A DNA stretch of 64,000 nt from Thermoproteota archaeon (GTDB lineage: Archaea; Korarchaeota; Korarchaeia; Korarchaeales; Korarchaeaceae), in assembly GCA_027492205.1 (NCBI GenBank), contig JAOZFN010000009.1, forward strand, positions 32,001-96,000, written 5' to 3'. Under the pieces are notes generated by a model that saw only the letters and a program-made list of their open reading frames with translations, did no database searches and had not been told where the DNA came from. The translations under genes were made by a program, and so were the position numbers. Below, one piece after another: positions 19,936 through 29,153 of the stretch. The first letter of the stretch is position 1. Every line of letters starts with the position of its first letter.

Positions 19936-20506
19936 CCCCAGACAGTGAGGATATGCCTGAGACTGACCGCTCACACTTGGTGCAGAGCCGCCAACCCTTT
20001 CGGTCCACGTCGGAGATCGAGTTGCTGAAGCTCATGACGCACCTCGGGTCGTCGCAGTGGCCCAGACCCAGGGTGTGACCGAGTTCGTGAACGGCCTCCT
20101 TAAGGGCCCTCACCGCGAGGAGCCTGGAGTCCGCCCCCGCCGCGAGCCGATCCAAGTAGATTACGGCGTAGGTTCCCCCAACCTCAGCCTGTCCGAAGAC
20201 GAAGTTTAGGGACTCCTCGTAGGCGTCAGCCGCCATGACGCCAAGGGCCTTCCCGAAGGGCTCTCCCACCATGGACCTCCTCCTGAGGAAGTCAAGGATC
20301 AGGCTCGATCTGAACTGACCCCTGAGGGAATCGTACGCGGACTTGGGGGCCACCAAGGAAGGTCCGAGCGAGACTGACGTGAAGTCGAGCGCCCTGGGGA
20401 TGTTCTTCAGTAGGAACTCTAAGAGCCAAGACGGCGGGGCCAGTCTGGTCAGTGGGTCCACGAGGGGGTGGAGCGTGATGTGGACGGGCTTCGACCGACT
20501 CCGCAC
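19928..20506 (-). CDS. amzA: Archaemetzincin Zn metalloprotease
   Basis: LNFVFGQA, KEAVHELGHTLGLGHCDDPRCVMSFSNS...D.K...LC..C. Confidence 0.93.
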   Translation of the reverse strand: MRSRSKPVHITLHPLVDPLTRLAPPSWLLEFLLKNIPRALDFTSVSLGPSLVAPKSAYDSLRGQFRSSLILDFLRRRSMVGEPFGKALGVMAADAYEESLNFVFGQAEVGGTYAVIYLDRLAAGADSRLLAVRALKEAVHELGHTLGLGHCDDPRCVMSFSNSISDVDRKGWRLCTKCERSVSGISSLSGGV

Positions 20507-20559
20507 CTGACCCCCGAATCCGGGGCCCGTTTAAATTTCGGCTTGTTGGGTTAGCCTGG

Positions 20560-21141
20560 ATGAAGAGGCTGATAGAGGCCATAGGGGCTCTGAAGTCGCT
20601 CGTTAGGACTGGTTGGTCTCAGTCCTCGGTTCCACCATCAGCGGGAGAGACGGTCGCGGCGCACTCTTTCGAAGCATCGATCATAGCCCTGGTCCTCGCG
20701 TCGCAGGCCAAAGAGCGCGGAATCTCGATTAGCCCCGACAGATCCGCGGCGATGGCCGCGGTCCACGATCTACCGGAGGCGGTTACCGGAGACCTGCCTC
20801 CCTGGAGCAAGGATCGGTGCGGGTCGATGGACGCAGAGGCAGCGTCAGTCTTGAGGGTTCAGGGCGAGCTGCTCCGGCTCGTTGAGGAGTTCAACTCCGG
20901 GGGGAGTCCAGAGGCGCTGGTCGCCCGGGTCGCGGATCTACTTGCCACCGCCGTCCAGGGAGCCAGATACGCCTCAATGGGATTTCGCAGGGCGGGAGAG
21001 GTCGGCGCAGCCTGCCTAGAGGAGGCCCTCGAACTGGCGAAGGGACGCGAGTGGCTCGCGGGGCTGGTATCCGAGAACTTCGAGTGGCTCGCGGAGGAGC
21101 TTCGCGGGTATGGTATTCCATCGGGGGGCTGGTTCGACTGA
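20560..21141 (+). CDS. HD-domain hydrolase, YfbR/HDDC2-like 5'-deoxynucleotidase
   Basis: LKSLVRTGW, ETVAAHS, HDLPEAVTGD, ADLL. Confidence 0.85.
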   Translation: MKRLIEAIGALKSLVRTGWSQSSVPPSAGETVAAHSFEASIIALVLASQAKERGISISPDRSAAMAAVHDLPEAVTGDLPPWSKDRCGSMDAEAASVLRVQGELLRLVEEFNSGGSPEALVARVADLLATAVQGARYASMGFRRAGEVGAACLEEALELAKGREWLAGLVSENFEWLAEELRGYGIPSGGWFD

Positions 21142-21863
21142 GCGGCGACGAGAAGGCAGCGCTGAGGGAGTGGATTTGGAGGATGCTTGAAGAGAGGGGT
21201 GTTGCCAGGTTCCCAAGGCCCATTAGGGGTAGGATACCCAACTTCGAGGGCGCGGAGAGGGCTGCCGAGAACCTGAGAAGTCTCCCGGAGTATCGAGAGG
21301 CTAGGGTGATCTTCTGCAACCCCGACTCACCCCAGGCTCCGGTCAGAAGGATGGCGCTGGCCGACGGGAAGGTCGTGGTCATGGCCACCCCGAGGCTGAG
21401 GAGGGGGTTTCTAGTCCTCGATCCGAGGGAGATTCCCCCGAGCGAACTTCGAAGGGCAGCGACCATCAGGGGGGCGTTCCGCTACGGCCGGCCCGTCGAT
21501 CCCTGGAGCGTCAGCGTCGACGTGAAGGTTGTCGGGTCCGTGGCCGTCAGCCCCGACGGGAGCAGGCTCGGTAAGGGGCACGGGTACTCCGACCTGGAGT
21601 TCGCCATCCTGAGCGAGGTGGGCGCGGTCACACAGGACACGCTGGTGGTGACGACGGTCCACGACCTCCAAGTGGTTGATCGGGTCCCCTCCTCCGACCA
21701 CGATGTCCCGGTGGACGTGATAGTGACCCCCACTAGGGTCATCAGGGCCCCGAAGAGAGAGAAGCCTTCCCGCATTGAGTGGGAACTCCTGTCGGAAGGG
21801 GCCGTGAGGGAAATGCCGATACTCAGAGATGTCAGGGAGAAGAGGGGCGCCAGAAGCCCTTAG
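21138..21863 (+). CDS. 5-formyltetrahydrofolate cyclo-ligase family protein (MTHFSD-like)
   Basis: GRIPNFEGAE, NPDSPQ, TPRL, GSVAV..DG.RLGKGHGYSDLE, HDVPVD. Probable CTG start at 21138 (track start 21051). Confidence 0.88.
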   Translation: MSGDEKAALREWIWRMLEERGVARFPRPIRGRIPNFEGAERAAENLRSLPEYREARVIFCNPDSPQAPVRRMALADGKVVVMATPRLRRGFLVLDPREIPPSELRRAATIRGAFRYGRPVDPWSVSVDVKVVGSVAVSPDGSRLGKGHGYSDLEFAILSEVGAVTQDTLVVTTVHDLQVVDRVPSSDHDVPVDVIVTPTRVIRAPKREKPSRIEWELLSEGAVREMPILRDVREKRGARSP

Positions 21864-21967
21864 GCGAGCGCAGCACTCCGCCCGGCTCGGGGAGGCGGTG
21901 TCAAGCGGGCCGTCTTTGAGTCAAGCTTATTATTCTCTGCCCGAGGGGGGAGAGCCAGAAAGTGGTC

Positions 21968-22297
21968 ATGGAAGAGAGTATAGAAGGGGAGAGGCTCAGA
22001 GATCCTATCACCGGACTCCCGATTGATCTTCTTGCCTGGGAGGAGATTGAGAAGGAGCAGCAGATCGTCAGAATCAAGGCGGAGCGCAGGAGGCACAAGC
22101 ACGTCACCATAATCGAGGGGCTCGACCTTCCCAAGGACATGATGAAGCGCCTTCTCAAGGACCTCAAGAGCAAGCTCGCCTGCGGCGGGACCTACAAGGA
22201 GGGTTACATACTCCTCCAGGGCGATCACAGGAGGAAGGTAAAGGACATACTCGTGAACGAGTGGGGGATCGAGGAGGACAAGATAGAGCTTGAGTGA
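21968..22297 (+). CDS. Translation initiation factor aIF1 (SUI1)
   Basis: K.VTIIEG...LKSKLACGGTYK...LQGDHR. Confidence 0.93.
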   Translation: MEESIEGERLRDPITGLPIDLLAWEEIEKEQQIVRIKAERRRHKHVTIIEGLDLPKDMMKRLLKDLKSKLACGGTYKEGYILLQGDHRRKVKDILVNEWGIEEDKIELE

Positions 22298-22353
22298 TCC
22301 GACAGCGGGGCAGGAATAAAACGGATCCCGGGGGCTGGCCCTGGGGTGATGTC

Positions 22354-23064
22354 ATGAGATACAAGATAATTGGGGATAACCTTCAGATGGTTCTGGTGGA
22401 GTTGGAGCCCGGCGAGAAGATCTACGCCGAGGCGGGCGCCCTTAACCACATGTCGGGGAACGTTCGGCTGAAGGCCACGGTCAGGGGAGGCTTCATCCAG
22501 GGGATAATGAGGAAGATAGCGGGGGAGAGCTTCTTTCTCACCGAGTTCACGGCCGAGGGAAGCCCTGGGGTAGTCGCCTTCTCCGGCACGGTGCCGGGCA
22601 AGATAACGGCCCTGAAGCTGGACGGGACCACTGAGTACTACGTTCAGAGGGGTGGGTTCTTGGCCGCCACCGACAGCGTCACGGTCAAGCCGGGAATCGC
22701 GAGGCGGCTCGGGGCGGCGCTCTTTGGAGGTGAGGGCCTCATAATGGAGAAAGTCAGCGGGGTCGGCACCGTCTTCGTGCACGCAGCCGGAGACTTCCTC
22801 GAGTACGACCTCAAGCCCGGGCAGGTGCTGAAGGTCGACACTGGGCAGCTGGTGGCCTTCGACGCTAGCGTGGACTACGACATCGAGAGGGTCGGCGGGA
22901 TAAGATCGATCCTGTTCGCTGGAGAGGGGCTGTTCCTGGCGACGCTGAGGGGCCCGGGGAGGGTCATCCTCCAGTCCATGAACATCCATGCGCTGGCCGC
23001 GGAGCTCGCGAGGTACATCCCAAGAGGGGGGAGCAGCGGATTCCAGCTGACCTTCGGAGACTGA
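22354..23064 (+). CDS. AIM24 / TIGR00266 family protein
   Basis: ATG 22354 after GGGGTGAT; AEAGA, GESFF, FGGEGL, GPGRVILQSM. Confidence 0.88.
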   Translation: MRYKIIGDNLQMVLVELEPGEKIYAEAGALNHMSGNVRLKATVRGGFIQGIMRKIAGESFFLTEFTAEGSPGVVAFSGTVPGKITALKLDGTTEYYVQRGGFLAATDSVTVKPGIARRLGAALFGGEGLIMEKVSGVGTVFVHAAGDFLEYDLKPGQVLKVDTGQLVAFDASVDYDIERVGGIRSILFAGEGLFLATLRGPGRVILQSMNIHALAAELARYIPRGGSSGFQLTFGD

Positions 23065-23068
23065 CCAC

Positions 23069-23395
23069 ATGCGGGCACCCAGCTCGAGGGAGGGGCGCTC
23101 AGACGTGAGGGCCAGGGACATGCTGGCGATCCTGGCCCTCGCCGCCCTCCTGCTGGTCCTGTCGGCGGTCATCCTCCTGTCGATATTGAAGTACCTCCCC
23201 CTGCTGAGCGCGGTCGTCCTCACTCTAATCGCCCTGTCGATAATCGTGTGGTTCGTATGGGGAACGCTCGCGGCCTCCGTGAAGATAATCGCCAGCCTGT
23301 ATTACGCGCTCCGTTCAAAGAGGGAAGGGGAGGTAGTGCGGCCTGTCAGGCTGGAGGAGGCCCGAGAGCCGGACAGGGGAGAGGGGGAGGACTAA
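23069..23395 (+). CDS. Small two-TM membrane protein
   Basis: Hydrophobic ORF directly after the AIM24 gene. Confidence 0.6.
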   Translation: MRAPSSREGRSDVRARDMLAILALAALLLVLSAVILLSILKYLPLLSAVVLTLIALSIIVWFVWGTLAASVKIIASLYYALRSKREGEVVRPVRLEEAREPDRGEGED

Positions 23396-23401
23396 GACTC
23401 C

Positions 23402-24853
23402 TCACGGAGCCCCAATCCTCTTCAAAGCCTCCCCGTACTTGATTAAGCCCACCATCGCCCTCGCGGCCCTCTCCGGGGTCGGGTAGGCCGGTATTCCAAG
23501 CTCGTCGAACCTCTCCCTGTAGGCGATTCCGTACTCTCCCTGCCCGATGTCGGCCACCAGGACGGGCTTGTCCCGCCTCTCCCTCACCTCGGCCGCGATC
23601 CTGTCTGGGAGGTCGGAGGTGAGGCCCGGCACGTGGTGAAGCGGGAGCACTATCACCCCGTCGACCTCGGGGGCGTCCAGGAGGATCCGGAGCGACTCCA
23701 CGAACGCGTCGTCCGTGGCGCTCCCCGTGACGTCCACCGGGTTGGCTACGGCCGAGATGGGGGGGATCACGCCCCTGTCCATCAGCTCCCTTAGCCTGGA
23801 CTGCGTCTCCTCGGAGAGCTGGACGACCACGGCCCCCCTGCTCTCGAGCTCGTCGGCCGTCATGACCCCAGCCCCGCCTCCGTCCGTTAGGACGGCGATC
23901 CTGGGCCCCTTGGCCGGAGGCTGCATGGAGAGGGCCTTGGTGACGTCGAAGAGTTCCTCCACTTCGTAGACCCTCACGACGCCAGCCTGCCTGAGGGCGG
24001 CGGAGTAAACCTCGTCAGCCCCCGCCAGCGCGGCTGTGTGCGAGCTCGCCGCCCTGGCGCCCGCCCCGGTCCTGCCAGCCTTGAGCACCACGACCGGCTT
24101 CTTCGGGACGGTTCTCCTGGCGGCCTCGATGAACCTCCTCCCCTCCTCGATCGACTCGGCGTATATCACGATCACCCTGGTTTTGGGGTCGTCGGCCAGG
24201 TACTCCATGAGCTCCACCTCGTCTATGTCCGCCTTGTTGCCGTAGCTTACGAACTTCGCCAGCCCCAGACCCTCGCCAGCCATGTAGTCCACGCAGGCCA
24301 CGCCAAACGCGCCGGACTGGGTGAGGAGGGATATGTTACCAGGCCCGGGCCTCGGGAGGGACAGGAGGTCCCTGCCACCCAGTTCTTTCTTGTAGGGAAG
24401 GAACATGGTGTCCACTCCCGTCTCTGGGCACACTATTCCCACGCAGTTCGGGCCCACCACGCGTATTCCGTGTTTCTTCGCCACCTCAACGAGTTTCTCC
24501 TGAAGCTCGACGCCTTCCCCTCCCACCTCGGCGAACCCACCTGAGATGACGATCACGTGCTTGATCCCCTTCCTGCCGCACTCGTCCACCACGGCCGGAA
24601 CTATCCTCGCCGGGACAACGATCACACCGAGGTCCACCGGCTCCGGCAGGTCGGTGACGCTCGGATAGGTGGGCACGCCCAAGATTGGTTCCTTCGCCTT
24701 GGGGTTCACTGCGTAGAGCCCGCCCTTGTAGAGGCCGCTCCTCTGGTTTTCGACCATAACCCTGAGGAGCTCGTGCCCCACCGAGCCCGGCTCCCGGGAG
24801 GCGCCTATCACGGCAACCGATTCCGGGTAGAAGAAGGGGTCCAGGTGCCCCAC
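23402..24853 (-). CDS. ADP-forming acyl-CoA synthetase (ACD) alpha subunit
   Basis: VAVIGAS, GPNCVG, TQSGA, SYGNKAD, KAGRT...AASSHTAALAG (phospho-His), NPVD. Confidence 0.92.
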   Translation of the reverse strand: MGHLDPFFYPESVAVIGASREPGSVGHELLRVMVENQRSGLYKGGLYAVNPKAKEPILGVPTYPSVTDLPEPVDLGVIVVPARIVPAVVDECGRKGIKHVIVISGGFAEVGGEGVELQEKLVEVAKKHGIRVVGPNCVGIVCPETGVDTMFLPYKKELGGRDLLSLPRPGPGNISLLTQSGAFGVACVDYMAGEGLGLAKFVSYGNKADIDEVELMEYLADDPKTRVIVIYAESIEEGRRFIEAARRTVPKKPVVVLKAGRTGAGARAASSHTAALAGADEVYSAALRQAGVVRVYEVEELFDVTKALSMQPPAKGPRIAVLTDGGGAGVMTADELESRGAVVVQLSEETQSRLRELMDRGVIPPISAVANPVDVTGSATDDAFVESLRILLDAPEVDGVIVLPLHHVPGLTSDLPDRIAAEVRERRDKPVLVADIGQGEYGIAYRERFDELGIPAYPTPERAARAMVGLIKYGEALKRIGAP

Positions 24854-24894
24854 GGTTATCCCGCGCGGCCGGCCGCGCATTCCGTTAAAAATCG

Positions 24895-26091
24895 TTAAGA
24901 CGAGGGGGCCGACTCGGCCTCCTCCCTGGCCTCGGCCGCGGTCAGCAGGTGCCTCTCAACCGCCTGCACGGAGGACTCGAACTCCTCCCTCGGCGTATCC
25001 TCCATCTTGGTGAGCTCCTCCTCGTGCACCTCGTAGTAGAGCCTGGCCTCCTTCAGGAGGGAGGGAAGCCTCACCAGCTCCGGCTCCACCAGCAGGATGG
25101 CTATCTCGAAGTACTTAGACCCAGGGGCGACCGCCAGCCCCTCTCTAACGTCCACCCCAGCTATCTTCTCGCTCAGGAGCCTCTTGGCCTCGAACACCGC
25201 GTCTACGTTGAGGTACTCCTCCGGACCCCTGACCACGAGCGCGGCCTTCAGGGCAGTGCCCGTCCTGACCTCGGCCAGGCAGCCCTCCCTGAGGGCGGCC
25301 TCCGTCAGGAACTCCAGGCTCCCGCCGACGGACTCCACCCTAGCCTTCATGTAGCAGGGTACCGTGAGGGAGGCCTCGAAGAACCTGAGGATGGACTTCA
25401 GGTCCTGCGAGTCGAAGGTGGTCTTGTACCCGCCCCTCAAGGGCTCCACGTCGGCCGCCGACATGGCGACCATGCAGCGGCCCACGAGGGAGTTTATCCT
25501 GTCTAGGACCTGCTCGTCGCTCAGCCCCGGCTCGTCCCTGAGGACGATCTCCCTGGCAGTCTCGTTGTCCAAGAGTATCAGCGAGTCGACCCTGCCGAGC
25601 ATGTTGGCCGTGGCTATGACCGAGTTGTAGGCGAACCTCATGCTCTCCTTGGGGAACTTGAAGGGGAGCACGCCCACGGAGACTATGGGCTGGGTGGGCG
25701 GGCCTCCCCCGCCGAGCATCTCCCTGACGTAGTCGGCTACCACCGGCATGGACCCGCTGCCGGTCCCCCCTCCCAAGGCCGCAGAGAGCACCACCGCCGT
25801 CGAGTTCGCTATGCCCCTCTCGGCGACGACCCTCGTGAAGAGTTCCTTGCTCTCGGGTTCCAGCATGGCCTTCATGGAGTCCTTCCACCTGGCGCCGACC
25901 CCAGCGCCGCCGAATTTGCCGAAGAGGTAGAACCTGTCCTTGAGCACCTGGAGCTTGGCCTGGTCAGACACAGAGGTGTTGAAGACTACGGCGTCCACCA
26001 TGGCCGACGGGGCCTCTCCCGTGAACGTGTCGTAGGTCCTGTCGATGATCGCCCCGCCTGCCCCGCCCAGCCCTATCCCAAACCAGCGCAT
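24895..26091 (-). CDS. Tubulin/FtsZ-superfamily GTPase, CetZ-like
   Basis: GLGGAGG, FNTS, GAGVG, signature LGGGTGSG, GVLP, LILLDNE, T7-like FDSQD. Confidence 0.88.
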   Translation of the reverse strand: MRWFGIGLGGAGGAIIDRTYDTFTGEAPSAMVDAVVFNTSVSDQAKLQVLKDRFYLFGKFGGAGVGARWKDSMKAMLEPESKELFTRVVAERGIANSTAVVLSAALGGGTGSGSMPVVADYVREMLGGGGPPTQPIVSVGVLPFKFPKESMRFAYNSVIATANMLGRVDSLILLDNETAREIVLRDEPGLSDEQVLDRINSLVGRCMVAMSAADVEPLRGGYKTTFDSQDLKSILRFFEASLTVPCYMKARVESVGGSLEFLTEAALREGCLAEVRTGTALKAALVVRGPEEYLNVDAVFEAKRLLSEKIAGVDVREGLAVAPGSKYFEIAILLVEPELVRLPSLLKEARLYYEVHEEELTKMEDTPREEFESSVQAVERHLLTAAEAREEAESAPSS

Positions 26092-26122
26092 TAGGCCACC
26101 TCTTCCTGACGGCCCAAGATGG

Positions 26123-26133
26123 GAATAATATTA
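26123..26133 (-). promoter_or_regulatory. TATA-like box upstream of the tubulin-like gene
   Basis: Minus strand TTAATATTATT about 35 nt before the ATG, plus GAGGTG SD. Confidence 0.45.
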
Positions 26134-26151
26134 ACGAGCGCCGACTCACGC

Positions 26152-28107
26152 TCAGGGTATCCTCCTCGCCAGTCTGCCGAGTAGCTCAGGCAGATCGCTG
26201 GCGGCACGATCGGTCCCGCCCGCTGAGAGTAGTCTCCTGAGTTCCGTGACCAAGCCGGACCTAACGGGCGCGCCCAGCCTCTCCTCCAGAAGGTCAAACA
26301 GTTCGGCGATCGCGTCGACCGCCGGAGCCGTGGGCGGCGCCTCAGGAGCTGGGGCTGGGGCCGGGAGCGGTGCGACGGGCTTCACGGCGGCTTCCTCTAT
26401 AGCCGGGGCTGTAGGTGTTTGCGTGGGCGCCTCCTCGAGTTTCGGTTCTGGCGTCTCGGCTGCGGCCGGCGCTACCGGCCCGCGCTCCGGGGCGCGCTCG
26501 GCCGGCTTAACAGCCTCCAGGCGCCGTACCTCCATCCGGGGAGCGGGCTTGGGCCTCGGGACTTCGACCCTGAGGGGCTTTATGAGATCGCCCTCGAGCT
26601 CCACGAGCCCCTCGTCCCTCAGCCTCCCGATCACCCACGGCCTCCACCTCTCCGGTATCTTCACCAGGTCCCCCACCCTAAGAGTCCCCGCCTTGGAGAG
26701 GGTAGTGAGGGCGTACTCCTTCCAGTAGGGGTAGAACCTCTCGGCGTCCGCCGCGGCCTCGAGGTACTCCGACAGCCTCCTCCGCACCTCCTTGAGCGGC
26801 GCCAGCGCCTGCCGGGCCTTCTCCTCAGGTGACATGGTAGGAACCTGAAGGGCCGCCCTTATGGTGGCCAGGACCGCGTCACCGTCCGAGACGAGCTTCA
26901 GCTGCTGAGAGATGGGTCCGGCCCTCTGCTCGGCTCTCCTGATGTATATCAGAAGTTCTAGGTTCTCTCTGATCCTCCTCACCTCCCGGTCGATCCTGTC
27001 CACGTCGTCTGGGTCCTTGACCTCGGCCCCCGCCCTGATCGAGGACAGCCTCACCGCCAGCGACCCTATCAGGGCGGTGAACGCGTTGGTGTTGAACTCC
27101 CTGTCGAGCATCTCGGCGGCCTTCTCGGCCTCGGAGATCAGGGCGAAGGCGCTCTCAAGCTCCAAGCTCAGTCTCTCTAGCTTCTCGAGCCCGTTCAGGA
27201 GGGGTTTGAGGGCCCTCTGCTCCAGAGACCTGAGGTCCACGAGGGCGTTCTCCATGCACTCCAGGTCCTCAGGGGGGCACCGGTTCTCGATCCGGGCGAT
27301 CCTGGCCTCGATCCACCTCACCGAGTCCTCGACGTAAACTGGGTCTATCCCGCTCTCCCTTATCCTGCTCGCCTTGAGGCGGATCGACTCTATCTGCCCC
27401 CTCACCCTAGAGAGCTCCGCCGCTAGGGCTGCCCTAGCCTCTTTAGACCTGGCGAGAACCTCTCTGATCTCTCTGATTTCTGAGTCGATCCTCTGGGTCT
27501 CTATAAGGGCGGCCTCGAGATCTGAAGTCGACTTCAGGGGAGAGCTCAGGAGTTCTTCCACCTTGGCGAGGTGGCCCCTCAGCTTGGAGGCTATCTCTGA
27601 GAACCCTCCCCTCTCGGCGGCGCCCAGCAGCTCCCTCGCATCCGCCTCGAGCGTCTCCAGCTTCCTCAGTAGGACTTTCCTGGCCTCCTCCCCTATCGCC
27701 CAGAGAACCGCCTCCAGAGAATCCATGAGGGACTCTATCCTGGGTGAGTACCGCCTGGCCACTCCCCCCTTCCCGAACGCCTTTCCCAGCGCCCTGGAGA
27801 GCGGACCCGGCTTCGAGGCGACGTCGGGATCGGAGGCCATCTCTCGAACGAGCTCGTCCACCTTCTCCACGACGCTCGTGAGTCTCGGCTTCAGCTCCTC
27901 CACCTGGAGGCTTCCGAGATCCTCCAGCCTCTGGAGTATGCCGTCCCCCCTCGCCGTCATCAGGAGGAGGAGCCCCAGTGCCTCCAGGATACCCGCCATC
28001 TCCAGGTTCTCGATCATGTACTCGACGACTTCGCTGGAGATCCCTCTCCTCTGCAGCTCTTTGAAGACGTATTCCCTGCTCGACTCGCTGCCCGACAGGG
28101 CAGGCAC
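26152..28107 (-). CDS. Long coiled-coil protein with wHTH-like segment and Pro/Ala-rich linker
   Basis: About 450 aa of heptads; YWKEYALTTL...IPERWRPWVIGRLRDEGLVELEGDLI; PAPAPAPEAPP linker; small helical C-terminal domain. Confidence 0.75.
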   Translation of the reverse strand: MPALSGSESSREYVFKELQRRGISSEVVEYMIENLEMAGILEALGLLLLMTARGDGILQRLEDLGSLQVEELKPRLTSVVEKVDELVREMASDPDVASKPGPLSRALGKAFGKGGVARRYSPRIESLMDSLEAVLWAIGEEARKVLLRKLETLEADARELLGAAERGGFSEIASKLRGHLAKVEELLSSPLKSTSDLEAALIETQRIDSEIREIREVLARSKEARAALAAELSRVRGQIESIRLKASRIRESGIDPVYVEDSVRWIEARIARIENRCPPEDLECMENALVDLRSLEQRALKPLLNGLEKLERLSLELESAFALISEAEKAAEMLDREFNTNAFTALIGSLAVRLSSIRAGAEVKDPDDVDRIDREVRRIRENLELLIYIRRAEQRAGPISQQLKLVSDGDAVLATIRAALQVPTMSPEEKARQALAPLKEVRRRLSEYLEAAADAERFYPYWKEYALTTLSKAGTLRVGDLVKIPERWRPWVIGRLRDEGLVELEGDLIKPLRVEVPRPKPAPRMEVRRLEAVKPAERAPERGPVAPAAAETPEPKLEEAPTQTPTAPAIEEAAVKPVAPLPAPAPAPEAPPTAPAVDAIAELFDLLEERLGAPVRSGLVTELRRLLSAGGTDRAASDLPELLGRLARRIP

Positions 28108-28108
28108 C

Positions 28109-28591
28109 TCAGAGGGTTTTCCGCCGCCTATTTTTATCGATGCTGGGTGGCACTTCGAAGAAGTTTCTGGCCAGCCTCGTGGCCCAAGCGTACATCTTGC
28201 CGTTCTTCTTCCTCACGCCGACCAGGCCCTCGCGCCTGAGCCTCTTGACGTGCCTGTAGGCCGACGCCCCCCTCACCCTCGCGAGGTCAACCAAGTACAT
28301 GCCGCCCCTCTCCAAGAGGACGGCGAGGGTCCTGAGCTCTCCCCTGGTCAGCTCCGGTCTCGGGGCCAGCCTCCCCACGACGCCGTGAAACTCCCGCTTG
28401 AGGGTCATGTACCACCCGGTGGGCCTCCGCTCGATGGCTATGGACCTGCCCCTGTAGACCTCCTCGAGTCGAGATATCCAGCCGGGCACCTCCTCTGGGG
28501 GCACACCCGCGACCTTGGCCAGTTCCTCCTCCGAGAGCGGCCTGCCGGCGATGAAGAGCGCGGCCTCAATCACCAACTCCGGTCTGGTCAA
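28109..28591 (-). CDS. scpB: Segregation and condensation protein B (kite)
   Basis: IEAALFIAGRPLS, ELTRGELRTLA, LARVRG..AY.HVK.L...GL, T..F-like end. Confidence 0.88.
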   Translation of the reverse strand: MTRPELVIEAALFIAGRPLSEEELAKVAGVPPEEVPGWISRLEEVYRGRSIAIERRPTGWYMTLKREFHGVVGRLAPRPELTRGELRTLAVLLERGGMYLVDLARVRGASAYRHVKRLRREGLVGVRKKNGKMYAWATRLARNFFEVPPSIDKNRRRKTL

Positions 28592-29153
28592 CCCGCCTCA
28601 ACCGTATTAGGATCTCACCAAAAAGGGTCTCCTGCTGAAGCTCGACCTCCCCCTCCAGCTCCATGTGGAGGAGGGAGACCATAGCCTCGGCCGCCTCGGA
28701 CCTGTCCCTGGCCAGCTCGTGGAAGGGAACCTCGCGGCGTCCCGATCTGCCGATCAACTCCAGGAGCCTGGACCTCACCCTGTCCAAGTGCTCCGCCAGG
28801 CTCATTGCCGCCGAGATTATCCTGGAGAGGCCGTCCTCAGCCCTCCCGAGCGTTCTCGCCCACTCGATCGCCGCGGCGAACTCTGAGGGTCTGGGCCTCC
28901 GGGCCGGCACCCTCCCCAGCAGGGGCTCGGGAATGGTGGCCGCGGGAGCGGGCCTAATCCGCCTGGCCCCGGGTTTGGTCCCCTGGGGAGCCTCCTCGTC
29001 CTCGCCCAGCTTCGCGAGTGAGTCGGCGAACCTCCTAAGCTCGACCGCCAGGGAGTAGAGGGTCCTGGCAGCCCAGGGCATGTCCCGGGTTCGGCGGAAC
29101 TCTGCGAGGACGCGCTCAACCCTCAGCAGTATATTCGACGCGATCGAACTCAT
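28566..29153 (-). CDS. scpA: Kleisin ScpA, short and divergent
   Basis: A..LY..AV.LR N-terminal helix; C-terminal wHTH VPFHEL...SLLHMELEGEVELQQETLFGEILI; lies between smc and scpB. Confidence 0.82.
   Translation of the reverse strand: MSSIASNILLRVERVLAEFRRTRDMPWAARTLYSLAVELRRFADSLAKLGEDEEAPQGTKPGARRIRPAPAATIPEPLLGRVPARRPRPSEFAAAIEWARTLGRAEDGLSRIISAAMSLAEHLDRVRSRLLELIGRSGRREVPFHELARDRSEAAEAMVSLLHMELEGEVELQQETLFGEILIRLRRVDQTGVGD

Noticed and set aside
27374-28684. 436-aa Ser-rich plus-strand ORF
   Set aside because: Antisense to Glu/Leu/Arg-rich coiled-coil and scpB genes.
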